46,632 nt of DNA, taken from Gammaproteobacteria bacterium (GTDB lineage: Bacteria; Pseudomonadota; Gammaproteobacteria; Pseudomonadales; Pseudohongiellaceae). Under the pieces are notes generated by a model. The model saw only the letters and a program-made list of their open reading frames with translations, searched no databases and was not told where the DNA came from. Numbering within the stretch: position 1 is the stretch's first letter; the number at the start of each line of letters is the position of its first letter. The position numbers and the translations under genes were made by a program. The DNA lies in contig JAYOBL010000004.1 of NCBI GenBank assembly GCA_038104835.1, positions 30,953 through 77,584 of the forward strand, in the 5' to 3' direction. Positions 9,291 through 17,591 of this stretch are shown here, one piece after another.

Positions 9291-10190
9291 CTAGGCGAGC
9301 GCGACTTCGAACAAAGCCAGCATGCGGCTCCACGCGCGCTCCGCCTGCGCCTCGTTGTAGACCTGCGAGTCTGGCGGGCACCAGCCGTGGAGAGCGCCGT
9401 CGTACACCTCGATCTCAGCGGGCAAGCGCGCCGCGGCATAGGCTGTACTCAGCGTATCCTTGGCCACTGGGTCCGCCTCGTCATCGTTGGCTGCGACACA
9501 GTGCAACATAGCTGACTGAGTTTGCGGAATGAGTAAATGCGGGCTGTTGTCCGCATCTGTCGCGAGCCCGCCGCCGTGGAAGGTCGCCCCGGCACCCAGA
9601 CGCTCCGGCACAGCTGCAACCGTTCGCATCACCATCGGGCCGCCCATGCAGTAGCCGGTGGTGCCAATGCGCTTAGACGTATCTACCGAAGGCTGCGCGT
9701 CTAGAAACTCCACCATCGCGCGGGCGTCCATGAAGTGAGTCTCGGCATTAAGATTACGCGCCATAGGCAAGACGATTGCTCGCGTTTCCGGCTGACCAAA
9801 GCTTGCGCCCTCGCCCACCACGGGCGAACGCGCATCGCGGTAGAAGGGGTTCACCACCAGAACGCTATAGCCGGATTCGGCCAAGCGCTTGCCCATGGCA
9901 CGAAACGCCGGACGCAAACCCAGAATGTCAGGCCACACGATCACCGCGGCGTGACTACCCTGGGCCGGGTGAACGAAGTAGCAGTCGGCCACGCCGTCGG
10001 CTGTGGTAATTTCAACCTCGCTCTCGGTTACTGACTGTGCGTTGGCCACTGCGGGTAGTAGCATGCCCGCGCCCGCCACTGCAGAGAGGGCTGTGAATTC
10101 ACGTCGCGACAGGGTCTTAGAGTCTTTGCTGTCGATTTCGCGCTGCGCCAGGAATGCCTCGGCGTCGTTTTGAGTCTCGAGATCACACAT
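9291..10190 (-). CDS. Tat-exported dienelactone hydrolase family protein
   Basis: Twin-arginine motif SRREFTAL followed by an AXA cleavage site (VANA). DLH-type cysteine nucleophile elbow GYCMGG and C-terminal His context GALHGW. Confidence 0.8.
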   Translation of the reverse strand: MCDLETQNDAEAFLAQREIDSKDSKTLSRREFTALSAVAGAGMLLPAVANAQSVTESEVEITTADGVADCYFVHPAQGSHAAVIVWPDILGLRPAFRAMGKRLAESGYSVLVVNPFYRDARSPVVGEGASFGQPETRAIVLPMARNLNAETHFMDARAMVEFLDAQPSVDTSKRIGTTGYCMGGPMVMRTVAAVPERLGAGATFHGGGLATDADNSPHLLIPQTQSAMLHCVAANDDEADPVAKDTLSTAYAAARLPAEIEVYDGALHGWCPPDSQVYNEAQAERAWSRMLALFEVALA

Positions 10191-10394
10191 AGTCTTTCCT
10201 ACCTTGAGGAGGGATGAATGGACAAAGAAAGCATAGGTTTCGCGGCGTAAAAGTTCAAGCTATCACTCTTGCTGTGGTCACAGACTCACGGTGAGCAAGA
10301 CATGGGCCTCCGCGGCTTAGCAGACCGACTGACCAAGAATTACGCGGCTACCGCCTCCGCAAGAATAAGGGATACGTCTCGTAAAACGTTCTGC

Positions 10395-10814
10395 CTAGGG
10401 CACAGGGATAAGTTCGAGAGGAATGGAGCCCTCGCGACTGCCGACCATTGCGGCGATGAGCGAGTCGCCCCAGGTGTATTTCTGCTGCATGAGCTCGTTT
10501 ATCCGGTCAGACTTTTCGGGACGAGATCGAACTTCATACTCTAGGCGCTCACCGCCGCGAACCAAAGCAATGGTGTCGTTGATTTGTATGCGGTCATACC
10601 AGCCAGAGCCTTCTGCGCCCACCCGCAGGTATGCCGAGCCCTCGTGGTCAACGACCCATAGCCGCGTAATTTGGGTTTTGCCCTGCTCGTCCATCGCCAG
10701 TAGCTCTACAACCTCCACTCTTTCGGCGGCGAGCCTCTCCAAGCCTACGAGGGCGCCAAGGCCAATGATTAGTACGATGACGGTCCATTTCAGTAGTTTC
10801 TTCATAAGTCTCAT
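10395..10814 (-). CDS. Hypothetical N-terminally membrane-anchored small protein
   Basis: 139 aa with a single N-terminal TM (WTVIVLIIGLGALVGL) followed by a beta-rich domain. Divergent from a similarly organised gene. The family call (split-barrel-like) is only a guess. Confidence 0.5.
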   Translation of the reverse strand: MRLMKKLLKWTVIVLIIGLGALVGLERLAAERVEVVELLAMDEQGKTQITRLWVVDHEGSAYLRVGAEGSGWYDRIQINDTIALVRGGERLEYEVRSRPEKSDRINELMQQKYTWGDSLIAAMVGSREGSIPLELIPVP

Positions 10815-10972
10815 TGGAAATCCTGATCAGGGTTTAATTTTTAGACTAGCCGGACCACATGACGGGGGCTTTACGACAGCCTTACGAGCCGCCGCGCTCT
10901 GGCAATTGCCAACTACTTTCGCTAGGTTTGATGCCTCTTTGGTCAGCATACTCACTCATAGAGACCTTAACT

Positions 10973-11485
10973 ATGCGAAAACTACTTCGTCTGATTGGCC
11001 TATTTCTGCTTTTAGTTCTATTCCTCAGCGGGGCGGGCCTCGTTGGTATGCGCTTCCACGATGGTCCGCTAGAGATACTATCCGGGGGGCCATTTCGCAG
11101 CGGCGAGCTCACCCCCGCCCCTGCAAGCTGGGATTTTCTCAAAGACCGTCAGCAAATCGAGTTTCAAACCCTTGACCCCGCAAGCTCGAGAACGGTATGG
11201 CTAGGCACCGTAGACGGGCGCTTGTTCTTAGTCAGCGGCTATATGAATACCGGCTACGGCGGGCTTTGGAAACAGTGGCCACACTATTTAGAAAACGACG
11301 ATCGCGTCATTTTGCGTGTAGACGGTAAGCTCTATCAGCAGCGCTTAGAGAGAATTACGGGCGGCGACATAGTACCCAGAGTGCTGACTGAATTCGATAG
11401 AAAGTACGGCATCGGCGCCGCGAGCGACGACACGCCTATCACCTCCGGCGACGCTTGGATGTTCGAAGTCGTCTTAAGGCAATAG
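10973..11485 (+). CDS. Hypothetical N-terminally membrane-anchored small protein
   Basis: The ATG at 10973 gives MRKLLRLIGLFLLLVLFLSGAGLVG (a signal anchor). The ORF-track start at 10859 adds an unlikely extension. Weak by-eye similarity to the divergent neighbour. Confidence 0.55.
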   Translation: MRKLLRLIGLFLLLVLFLSGAGLVGMRFHDGPLEILSGGPFRSGELTPAPASWDFLKDRQQIEFQTLDPASSRTVWLGTVDGRLFLVSGYMNTGYGGLWKQWPHYLENDDRVILRVDGKLYQQRLERITGGDIVPRVLTEFDRKYGIGAASDDTPITSGDAWMFEVVLRQ

Positions 11486-11515
11486 CGCCTAAACAGCAGA
11501 TGAGGCTTTAGGCGC
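11485..11515 (+). terminator. Stem-loop immediately after the stop of the 10973-11485 gene (possible terminator, no U-tract)
   Basis: 9-bp stem, GCGCCTAAA (11485-11493) paired with TTTAGGCGC (11507-11515), with a 13-nt loop. The downstream sequence AAGAAC is not T-rich. Confidence 0.35.
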
Positions 11516-11569
11516 AAGAACTAGTGCCGGCCACTAGGCACACGGGTATACTGCGGTTCGCAATTTTTC

Positions 11570-11585
11570 GGCTTGTTAACAAGCC
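11570..11585. promoter_or_regulatory. Perfect 16-bp palindrome GGCTTGTTAACAAGCC just upstream of the asparaginase-like gene
   Basis: The sequence at 11570-11585 is exactly self-complementary. It sits 12 nt upstream of the GAGGAG RBS and about 20 nt downstream of a TATACT hexamer. It could be an operator or a 5' UTR hairpin. Confidence 0.4.
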
Positions 11586-11608
11586 AGAGAAACACCGAGG
11601 AGTCCATC

Positions 11609-12109
11609 ATGTCAGGCATTCGCATACTCACCGTCGGCGGCACTATCGATAAGGTTTATTTCGACGCGCTCAGCGAATACGAGGTCGGCGCTCCCTACGC
11701 ACTCGAGCTGCTCGAAGAGCTTAAGCTGAACCTAGACTGCCGCGTCAGCTCGCTTATGCGCAAAGACTCCCTGGAGATGGACGACGCAGACCGGCAGATC
11801 GTGCGCGAAGCCGTGAGCGAGGCCGAAGAGTCCTTGATCGTTATCACCCACGGAACAGACACGATGGTGGACACCGCCGCTGCCCTGCAGCCGCTTTTCG
11901 ACGAGCCCGAGTTCAATAAGACCATAGTGCTAACCGGTGCGCTCGCTCCGGCGATCTTTAAAAGGACCGATGCAATGTTCAACATGGGTGCGGCGCTCAC
12001 TGCAGTGCAAACCTGCAACCCCGGTGTTTACATTGCCATGAGCGGCGAGGTTTTTGCCGCCGGCGCCGTGCGCAAAGACCGCGAAGCCCAGCGCTTTGTG
12101 GCGAGCTGA
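11609..12109 (+). CDS. Asparaginase N-terminal-domain-only protein (about 166 aa)
   Basis: GAGGAG lies 6 nt before the ATG at 11609. The catalytic-type motifs VGGTIDK and HGTDTM of the L-asparaginase/GatD N-domain are present, but there is no C-terminal domain. Confidence 0.75.
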   Translation: MSGIRILTVGGTIDKVYFDALSEYEVGAPYALELLEELKLNLDCRVSSLMRKDSLEMDDADRQIVREAVSEAEESLIVITHGTDTMVDTAAALQPLFDEPEFNKTIVLTGALAPAIFKRTDAMFNMGAALTAVQTCNPGVYIAMSGEVFAAGAVRKDREAQRFVAS

Positions 12110-12111
12110 CG

Positions 12112-14175
12112 TTAAGGTGCGACAAACAGCTCGCGATTTTCTGCGGCGATCCCCATCAAACCTGCTTTGAAACCCGGCAGCAAATACCCTTCGGCAATAA
12201 GAGTATCCGTTGCCGCCTCGTACTGTCCTAAGTAGTCTTCGAAGCTCGAGTAGCGTTCTGCAATCGAGACGCGCGCATCCCCAGGCTGAGCCGCTGCCGC
12301 GGTCGCCGGCAGTGGGATATAACCCCCCGCGAGGCGCGCCAGTGAACGCTCGGCCCCGGTTTGCTGCGCCCTGAGATTCCAAGGCACGAAACTAGCTAGC
12401 GGCACCTGCGTAAGCGGTGGCAGTAGCGTGGAGTCGGCGGAGTCGTTGTTGTCCGAGTTTACCGCCGGCACTAGCGGCGAGTAGTAGCCTATGGCCCGCT
12501 GCGGGTGCACATCGATAATCCGCTGCGCGCGCCAGCGCTCGCCATAGTTCGCCGCCGCGGGTCGATATAGGGCTGCAGGATGATTCACGCCCGGCAGCGG
12601 ATTCCACGCCTCGCGGTTGATCCCCGTCTCGGTATGGGACCGCACTAGACTGCCGTCGCTGATCCGCGGATAGCGAGACTCAGGCGGCACCTCGCCGGCG
12701 CTTATCCATCGCACCATAGCTACCATGAGCGAATCCGACAGGGGCGACCAGCGGTTAGGATTTGGCGGCAGCTGCCCTGTGGTGGCAGGTCGCGGCCTGC
12801 CGTTGCCGGATCCGTGCTGCGAGCCGCCTATGGTGTAAAAGCGCACGCTGTCGGGCAGCGGGGCATCTGCGGTGCCCTCGGGATTGGTGTGAGGCAGCGA
12901 ACCACCGCGTACCCAGTATTCATTCGAGGTCTGAATATGCATGATCCTTGGGGCCGTACCGGTGGCTAGTGCTTTTTTTAGTATACCGTCGCGCCGCCCG
13001 CTGAATGGATCGATGCTCTCGCCGTAGGTAAAGGGGAACAGATCGTTGGGGTAGAGATGGTTAGAATGCTGACCATTCGTTCTTGTTGGCATGGCGAAGC
13101 GATTATTGAACATGCCAAAACCGGCGCCGGCGATAACGGGAATCACCCCGTCGAACACCCGCCTGCCCTCTAAGTCAGCATTGAATCCGTCATAGACGAA
13201 CTGCCGAAGTAGACGGCCGCTCTGTGAGATTCCCCACGCGGCGCTGTGCTCGATGGCCGGCATATTCAAATCAGCAAACAGCTCAGCAAATTCTGCGTCG
13301 CCGCGGTCGGCATAGCGCAGGAGTGACACTAGATCGCGTATCGCCGCCATACCGGCACCCGCCAACACAGGGTCCTGCGCCTCGTAAATAAGCTCGTAGA
13401 TCATCCCCGGCTCGAAGCCGTCTTCAAGGGATAGCTCAACGAGGGGCTGAGTGGCGTCGGGCAGTGGCGTTACGGTGATCTCAAAGGCGCTACGCGGCAG
13501 CGCTTCTCGCACGTCGTCCTGATACTGACGCTTGCTGAGGCGCGCGGTACGCAATCCGTTATCCGTGGCCGGATAGCCCAGGTGCCCTGAGCCACCCAAA
13601 TTTACCGTTATAGCTGGCGCATTGACGACCACCTCATAGCGCACCTCGCCAGTAATTGGCTGACCGTTATCACTAAGCACCGGCGCGTGTAGTCGCTGCC
13701 TTCCGGGGCCTGCGCTTATTTCGTTAATCCAGCCGGTCACGAGATAGGTGTAGCCCAACTCGCTCAGGGGATGGTCGAGACCCGCCTCTGGCGGCACGCG
13801 GCTGCCACCCCGGTTATTGACGTTGTAGAGCAGCGTATCGCTCGCGATATTAGCTGAGGGAACGAGCAGCTTGAAATCTGCTGCGTATTCCACGAGCCCC
13901 TGCCCGTTGGTTGGCGCATAGGCTAAGTCAGTGATGGCAGAGTTGAGCGGATTGGCGGGGTCGAGCGTGAACGAGACTAGTCCGGTGATCGATTCGTAGC
14001 TGAAATCGGCGTCGTCTGCGCTCAGCGTCTCGCGGCTTTCTATCTGTATGCCCACGACCTCGGCCGTGGCTGCCAGAGGCAAAGCTATAGCGGCAAGGAA
14101 GAATGCCCCCCTCCGTACCGTGCTACGGACAAATGCCAAATTTGGTAAAAAGGAACTACGCGCCAACAGTGTCAT
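12112..14175 (-). CDS. Secreted large alpha/beta hydrolase domain-containing protein
   Basis: Signal peptide ending LAATAEV. 687 aa with a GISQSG nucleophile-elbow-like motif in the central region. Its stop lies 2 nt from the stop of the convergent asparaginase-like gene. Confidence 0.6.
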   Translation of the reverse strand: MTLLARSSFLPNLAFVRSTVRRGAFFLAAIALPLAATAEVVGIQIESRETLSADDADFSYESITGLVSFTLDPANPLNSAITDLAYAPTNGQGLVEYAADFKLLVPSANIASDTLLYNVNNRGGSRVPPEAGLDHPLSELGYTYLVTGWINEISAGPGRQRLHAPVLSDNGQPITGEVRYEVVVNAPAITVNLGGSGHLGYPATDNGLRTARLSKRQYQDDVREALPRSAFEITVTPLPDATQPLVELSLEDGFEPGMIYELIYEAQDPVLAGAGMAAIRDLVSLLRYADRGDAEFAELFADLNMPAIEHSAAWGISQSGRLLRQFVYDGFNADLEGRRVFDGVIPVIAGAGFGMFNNRFAMPTRTNGQHSNHLYPNDLFPFTYGESIDPFSGRRDGILKKALATGTAPRIMHIQTSNEYWVRGGSLPHTNPEGTADAPLPDSVRFYTIGGSQHGSGNGRPRPATTGQLPPNPNRWSPLSDSLMVAMVRWISAGEVPPESRYPRISDGSLVRSHTETGINREAWNPLPGVNHPAALYRPAAANYGERWRAQRIIDVHPQRAIGYYSPLVPAVNSDNNDSADSTLLPPLTQVPLASFVPWNLRAQQTGAERSLARLAGGYIPLPATAAAAQPGDARVSIAERYSSFEDYLGQYEAATDTLIAEGYLLPGFKAGLMGIAAENRELFVAP

Positions 14176-14250
14176 CTCGCTTCTCCCTCGCCACGCCGGC
14201 CGCAGCGATGGCGCGCTATTATTATTGCAGTGCGGATGAGTCTTGAGGAT

Positions 14251-15264
14251 TTACTGCGCCGAGTCAACGGCCGCAGCTGCGGCGATCTTGCGGACAAGGC
14301 GGCGCTGATAAAGCCAAGGCACAAGCGCCGTGAGGACGGAGCCAAGCACGAGCAGCCCGGCGCCGGCCAGAGATAGCAGCCCCAGCCTGTCGCTAAACGC
14401 GTAGTCGGGGACCAGTGCCACGGTAGTCTTGAGCGTAGCGATTGTGAAAAGCGGCGCCAGCGCCAGCACGGCGCTTACCTTGGAGGCATCCCAGCAGTTC
14501 ATCGCTTCGGCAAAGGCACCGTAGGCAACGACAGTGTTGAGACAGCAGAAGGCCAAGAGTGCCAACTGCAGGGAGCTGAGAGAAAAGAGCACCGACGGCG
14601 TCACCAACGGCAGCAGAACCACTACGGAGAACGCATAGATCACGCTGAGAATCTGCACCGGGGTGTAGTCTTTGAGCAGCTGTTTCTGCAGCAGGGCGTA
14701 AAGAGCCCAGGTAATGGCGGCGGCAACGACGATAAGCACGCCTAAGGTCTGCGTGTTCTCTAAGCTGCCCAGCTCGAACAGCCTCTCGTTGAAGAACAGC
14801 AGAAGGCCGATGAGTATGAGCGCCGTGCCGAACTTCTGAACGGCGAGAAAAGGCTCTTTGTAGATGACCACACCGCCCAAAATCAGAAACAGCGTGCTTA
14901 GCTGGATTACCGCTTCGCTAGTTTCGCCGTTGACAAAATTTAGGCTGAACGAGAAGAAAAAGTAGTTGGCGCAGAGGCCAATGGAGGCCAGCAGTAGGAA
15001 GCCCTGCGTGCGTCGGGCAGCCGTGCGCAGGCGTGGAAGCTGCCGAGTAGCGGCAAGCCAGATCCAAAGCACGACTCCAGCCGCCAGAAAGCGGAACCAC
15101 ACGATAGTGGTCGCATCCATGCCGCTAAGCACCTCTTTCAGCGCTACTGGCAGCATGCCCCACATGATCGCGGCGACTAAGGAGAGAGCGAAGCCCTTGA
15201 GCCCGTTCTGAGGTGAAGAGCGGCCTTCGCTCGGGATGTTGTCAGTGGCAGAAGACGAGCTCAT
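14251..15264 (-). CDS. EamA/DMT-family transporter
   Basis: About 10 TM segments in two similar halves, typical of EamA-domain proteins. Start placed at the ATG at 15264 (MSSSSATD); the ORF-track start is 15303. Confidence 0.8.
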   Translation of the reverse strand: MSSSSATDNIPSEGRSSPQNGLKGFALSLVAAIMWGMLPVALKEVLSGMDATTIVWFRFLAAGVVLWIWLAATRQLPRLRTAARRTQGFLLLASIGLCANYFFFSFSLNFVNGETSEAVIQLSTLFLILGGVVIYKEPFLAVQKFGTALILIGLLLFFNERLFELGSLENTQTLGVLIVVAAAITWALYALLQKQLLKDYTPVQILSVIYAFSVVVLLPLVTPSVLFSLSSLQLALLAFCCLNTVVAYGAFAEAMNCWDASKVSAVLALAPLFTIATLKTTVALVPDYAFSDRLGLLSLAGAGLLVLGSVLTALVPWLYQRRLVRKIAAAAAVDSAQ

Positions 15265-15348
15265 GTGCGCGGCACCCAGCGAAAAAGTGCCGCATCCTAG
15301 CACGAAACCTCTTCAGTCGAATATCTGCGAGTCGAGCTAACAGTGGTT

Positions 15349-15900
15349 CTAGCAAAGGTGCAGCGCGTCGGTAAAGCGTGCGCTCAGGAATTCCATTTGG
15401 TCTGCTAGGACATTGTGGTTGGAGAGATACAGAAATTCGTACTTGTTCGGCGCGAAGGGCACGGCGAGGAGCTCCATGCCGGCCGCCTCGGGGAGCCTGT
15501 CTGCCTTGCGATTATTGCAGCGCCGGCAGGACGTCACGACGTTGGTCCAGATATCGCGCCCGCCTTTAGAAACCGGATGCACGTGGTCGCGGGACAGTTC
15601 TTGATAAGAAAAGGTTTTTCCGCAGTAGAGACAAAGATTGCGGTCGCGGCGGAAGAGGAATTTGTTTTCTAGGGGAGGATCGGCGAACTCGTCGTGCACC
15701 TTGCCGTCGCAGGCGACGATGCTGGGCAGCTTGAGCACCGACTGAATGCCGCAGCGATTGTGGCCGCCGCGCATCTCGAAGACAGTCTCGCCCAAAGACC
15801 AAATGACCTGATCTTTAACCAGCAGCGTGGCCGTCTCTTCGCGAGTCAACCAGCTTACCGGCACGCCGGCTTTGTTTAATCGTAAGATTTTCGCATTCAC
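15349..15900 (-). CDS. HNH endonuclease domain protein
   Basis: HNH/zinc-finger core CLYCG....DHVHPVSKGG...N..TSCRRCNNRK in the C-terminal half. GTG start. Confidence 0.8.
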   Translation of the reverse strand: MNAKILRLNKAGVPVSWLTREETATLLVKDQVIWSLGETVFEMRGGHNRCGIQSVLKLPSIVACDGKVHDEFADPPLENKFLFRRDRNLCLYCGKTFSYQELSRDHVHPVSKGGRDIWTNVVTSCRRCNNRKADRLPEAAGMELLAVPFAPNKYEFLYLSNHNVLADQMEFLSARFTDALHLC

Positions 15901-16018
15901 ACCGAACCATTCGCCTCACTAAGTTAGACTTCGATCGATACCGCGTGGTTTGCAACGACTTCCCTATCTGTTCTGCCTGTTTTGTCTTTTCAATCTATCC
16001 TATCTATGAATTGGCTAA

Positions 16019-16046
16019 GCGCCGATTCTATTCTTTTTATCGGCGC
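16019..16046 (-). terminator. Stem-loop downstream of the 16067-16753 gene (weak terminator candidate)
   Basis: 8-bp stem, GCGCCGAT (16019-16026) paired with ATCGGCGC (16039-16046), with a 12-nt loop. On the minus strand it is followed by only TT. Confidence 0.3.
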
Positions 16047-16066
16047 CTTGTGCGTAAGCCTTGAGC

Positions 16067-16753
16067 TTACCCGCTGACTGCGGCTTTCTCTAGCTTGCGC
16101 TGCCTGCGGCGCTCGGGGCCGCCGCTGCTGAGCCAGTAGAGGCCATGTACGCCTAGCAGCATGAGCGCGAACAGAGGCAGTGTGCCCCAGTCGGCGCCCC
16201 CCACCTGAAAATAGAACACGGCGTTGTAGTCGCGTCCGTCCACTGGGTGCCGCGCGGTGACGATCCCGATATAAGAGCCTTTTTCTTCGAAGCTGTATTC
16301 CGTGCTGTAGTAACCGCCGTCTTCGATGCGCGGCTCTTCATAGAACACGGTCACCGCGTCGAGGTCGTCTATCGCTTCGATATCTGACCACGCGGCGTAA
16401 CGGCCGAGCTTGTCGAGATCCTTAATAATCCGCAGGTCGATAAGCATCTCCGGAAGGAGGTCGTGCAGATACTCCATGACGAAGACCGAGCGCGATACCT
16501 CGGGAATATCTTCGCAAAACTCATCGGCCTCGCTCTGCTCTGGCTGGAACACCGTAAAGTGAGCCTGCAGGAAATTGATGCTGATTAAACACACGTCGTC
16601 CTCGAAGGCGACGCCGCCGTGCGCCAAGGCGGAATTAGGCGCCGTGCTTAACATTAGAGCGATAGCCAGACTGGCCGCAACACTGCGCACAAAGACTGTG
16701 GGTAAGGCGATAAATCGATTCAAGAACTTCTCTCTTTTCAGTTCAGCGCCCAC
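16067..16753 (-). CDS. Hypothetical exported protein with a C-terminal TM anchor
   Basis: Signal peptide with predicted cleavage ALA|HGG, a beta-rich acidic domain with two Cys, and a C-terminal TM (LPLFALMLLGVHGLYWL) followed by a basic tail. 31 nt downstream of the SDR gene on the same strand. Confidence 0.55.
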   Translation of the reverse strand: MGAELKREKFLNRFIALPTVFVRSVAASLAIALMLSTAPNSALAHGGVAFEDDVCLISINFLQAHFTVFQPEQSEADEFCEDIPEVSRSVFVMEYLHDLLPEMLIDLRIIKDLDKLGRYAAWSDIEAIDDLDAVTVFYEEPRIEDGGYYSTEYSFEEKGSYIGIVTARHPVDGRDYNAVFYFQVGGADWGTLPLFALMLLGVHGLYWLSSGGPERRRQRKLEKAAVSG

Positions 16754-16784
16754 AGATGCGAGCAGCTAGTTTAGTGGCCTTGGA

Positions 16785-17477
16785 TTACCAAGGGATTGCA
16801 GCGCCGTTGTAATTGATAAACTCGCCGGTAGTAGCCGGAGTTAGCGCGTCGATGACTTGCAGCATGCCGCGCACACTCTCTTCTGCGTCGATAAGTCCAT
16901 TCGGGCCGCCCATGTCGGTTCGCACCCAGCCTGGATGCAGCGCCGCGGCAATAAAGCCTTCCTCGGCCAGATCCACCGCGAGCGTCTTTACTACCGAGTT
17001 TAGAGCGGTCTTGGAGCAGCGATAAATGTAGGAGCCGCCGCGGCCGTTGTCGGCAATAGACCCCATCTTAGAACTAACGAAGGCGAGCTTCTTGCCCTTT
17101 CCAGTACGCAGCCTGGGGATAAGCAGTTGTGTAAGCTGCAGCGGCGCGATGGCATTTACATGGAGAACCAGCGCCATGTCGTCGCCGGCAACGTTGCCAA
17201 AGTTTGCGTCCCGCGGGCCATAGATGCCGGCGTTGTTGATAAACACATCGATGGGCTCCTCGTTTAGCAGCGCCACCGCCTCGGTCATCGATTCAAGGCT
17301 CGCCATGTCCATTTCAATCAGCGACAGGCCCTGACTGCGCAGGGCGAGCTCGGTGAGATCGCTCGCGGTCGCGATGTCTCGGCAGGTAGCAATGACACGT
17401 TCACCGCGCTGCACTAGCTGCTGGGCCATCTCTAGGCCTAAGCCTCTGTTGCAACCGGTTATAAAGTAGGTAGCCAC
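16785..17477 (-). CDS. Short-chain dehydrogenase/reductase (SDR), C-factor-like
   Basis: Cofactor motif TGCNRGLG at the N-terminus, NNAG, and catalytic YxxxK (YRCSK). Confidence 0.85.
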   Translation of the reverse strand: MATYFITGCNRGLGLEMAQQLVQRGERVIATCRDIATASDLTELALRSQGLSLIEMDMASLESMTEAVALLNEEPIDVFINNAGIYGPRDANFGNVAGDDMALVLHVNAIAPLQLTQLLIPRLRTGKGKKLAFVSSKMGSIADNGRGGSYIYRCSKTALNSVVKTLAVDLAEEGFIAAALHPGWVRTDMGGPNGLIDAEESVRGMLQVIDALTPATTGEFINYNGAAIPW

Positions 17478-17591
17478 GCTCTCTCCTCAGTCTCTGGGAC
17501 TTACTGCTATACTTAAAGTCCTAATAGTACCTTAATAAGAAAAGCGATTCGGTGCCGAATGGCCGAAAATACTCGATGTTTGGGAGAGGCA

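Noticed and set aside
10206-10250. A strong GAGGAGGG followed by mini-ORFs: ATG at 10214 (26 codons) and ATG at 10218 (10 codons, MDKESIGFAA).
   Set aside because: The spacing from the SD-like sequence to either ATG is too short (0-4 nt). No plus-strand gene follows that a leader peptide could regulate, and the G-rich run lies in the untranslated region just upstream of the start of the minus-strand dienelactone hydrolase gene.
15349-15900. The HNH gene as a marker of a defence island, homing element or prophage remnant.
   Set aside because: No integrase, transposase, methylase, flanking direct repeats, tRNA target or other defence-type ATPase or nuclease is visible within several kb. The neighbours are ordinary transporter and exported-protein genes.
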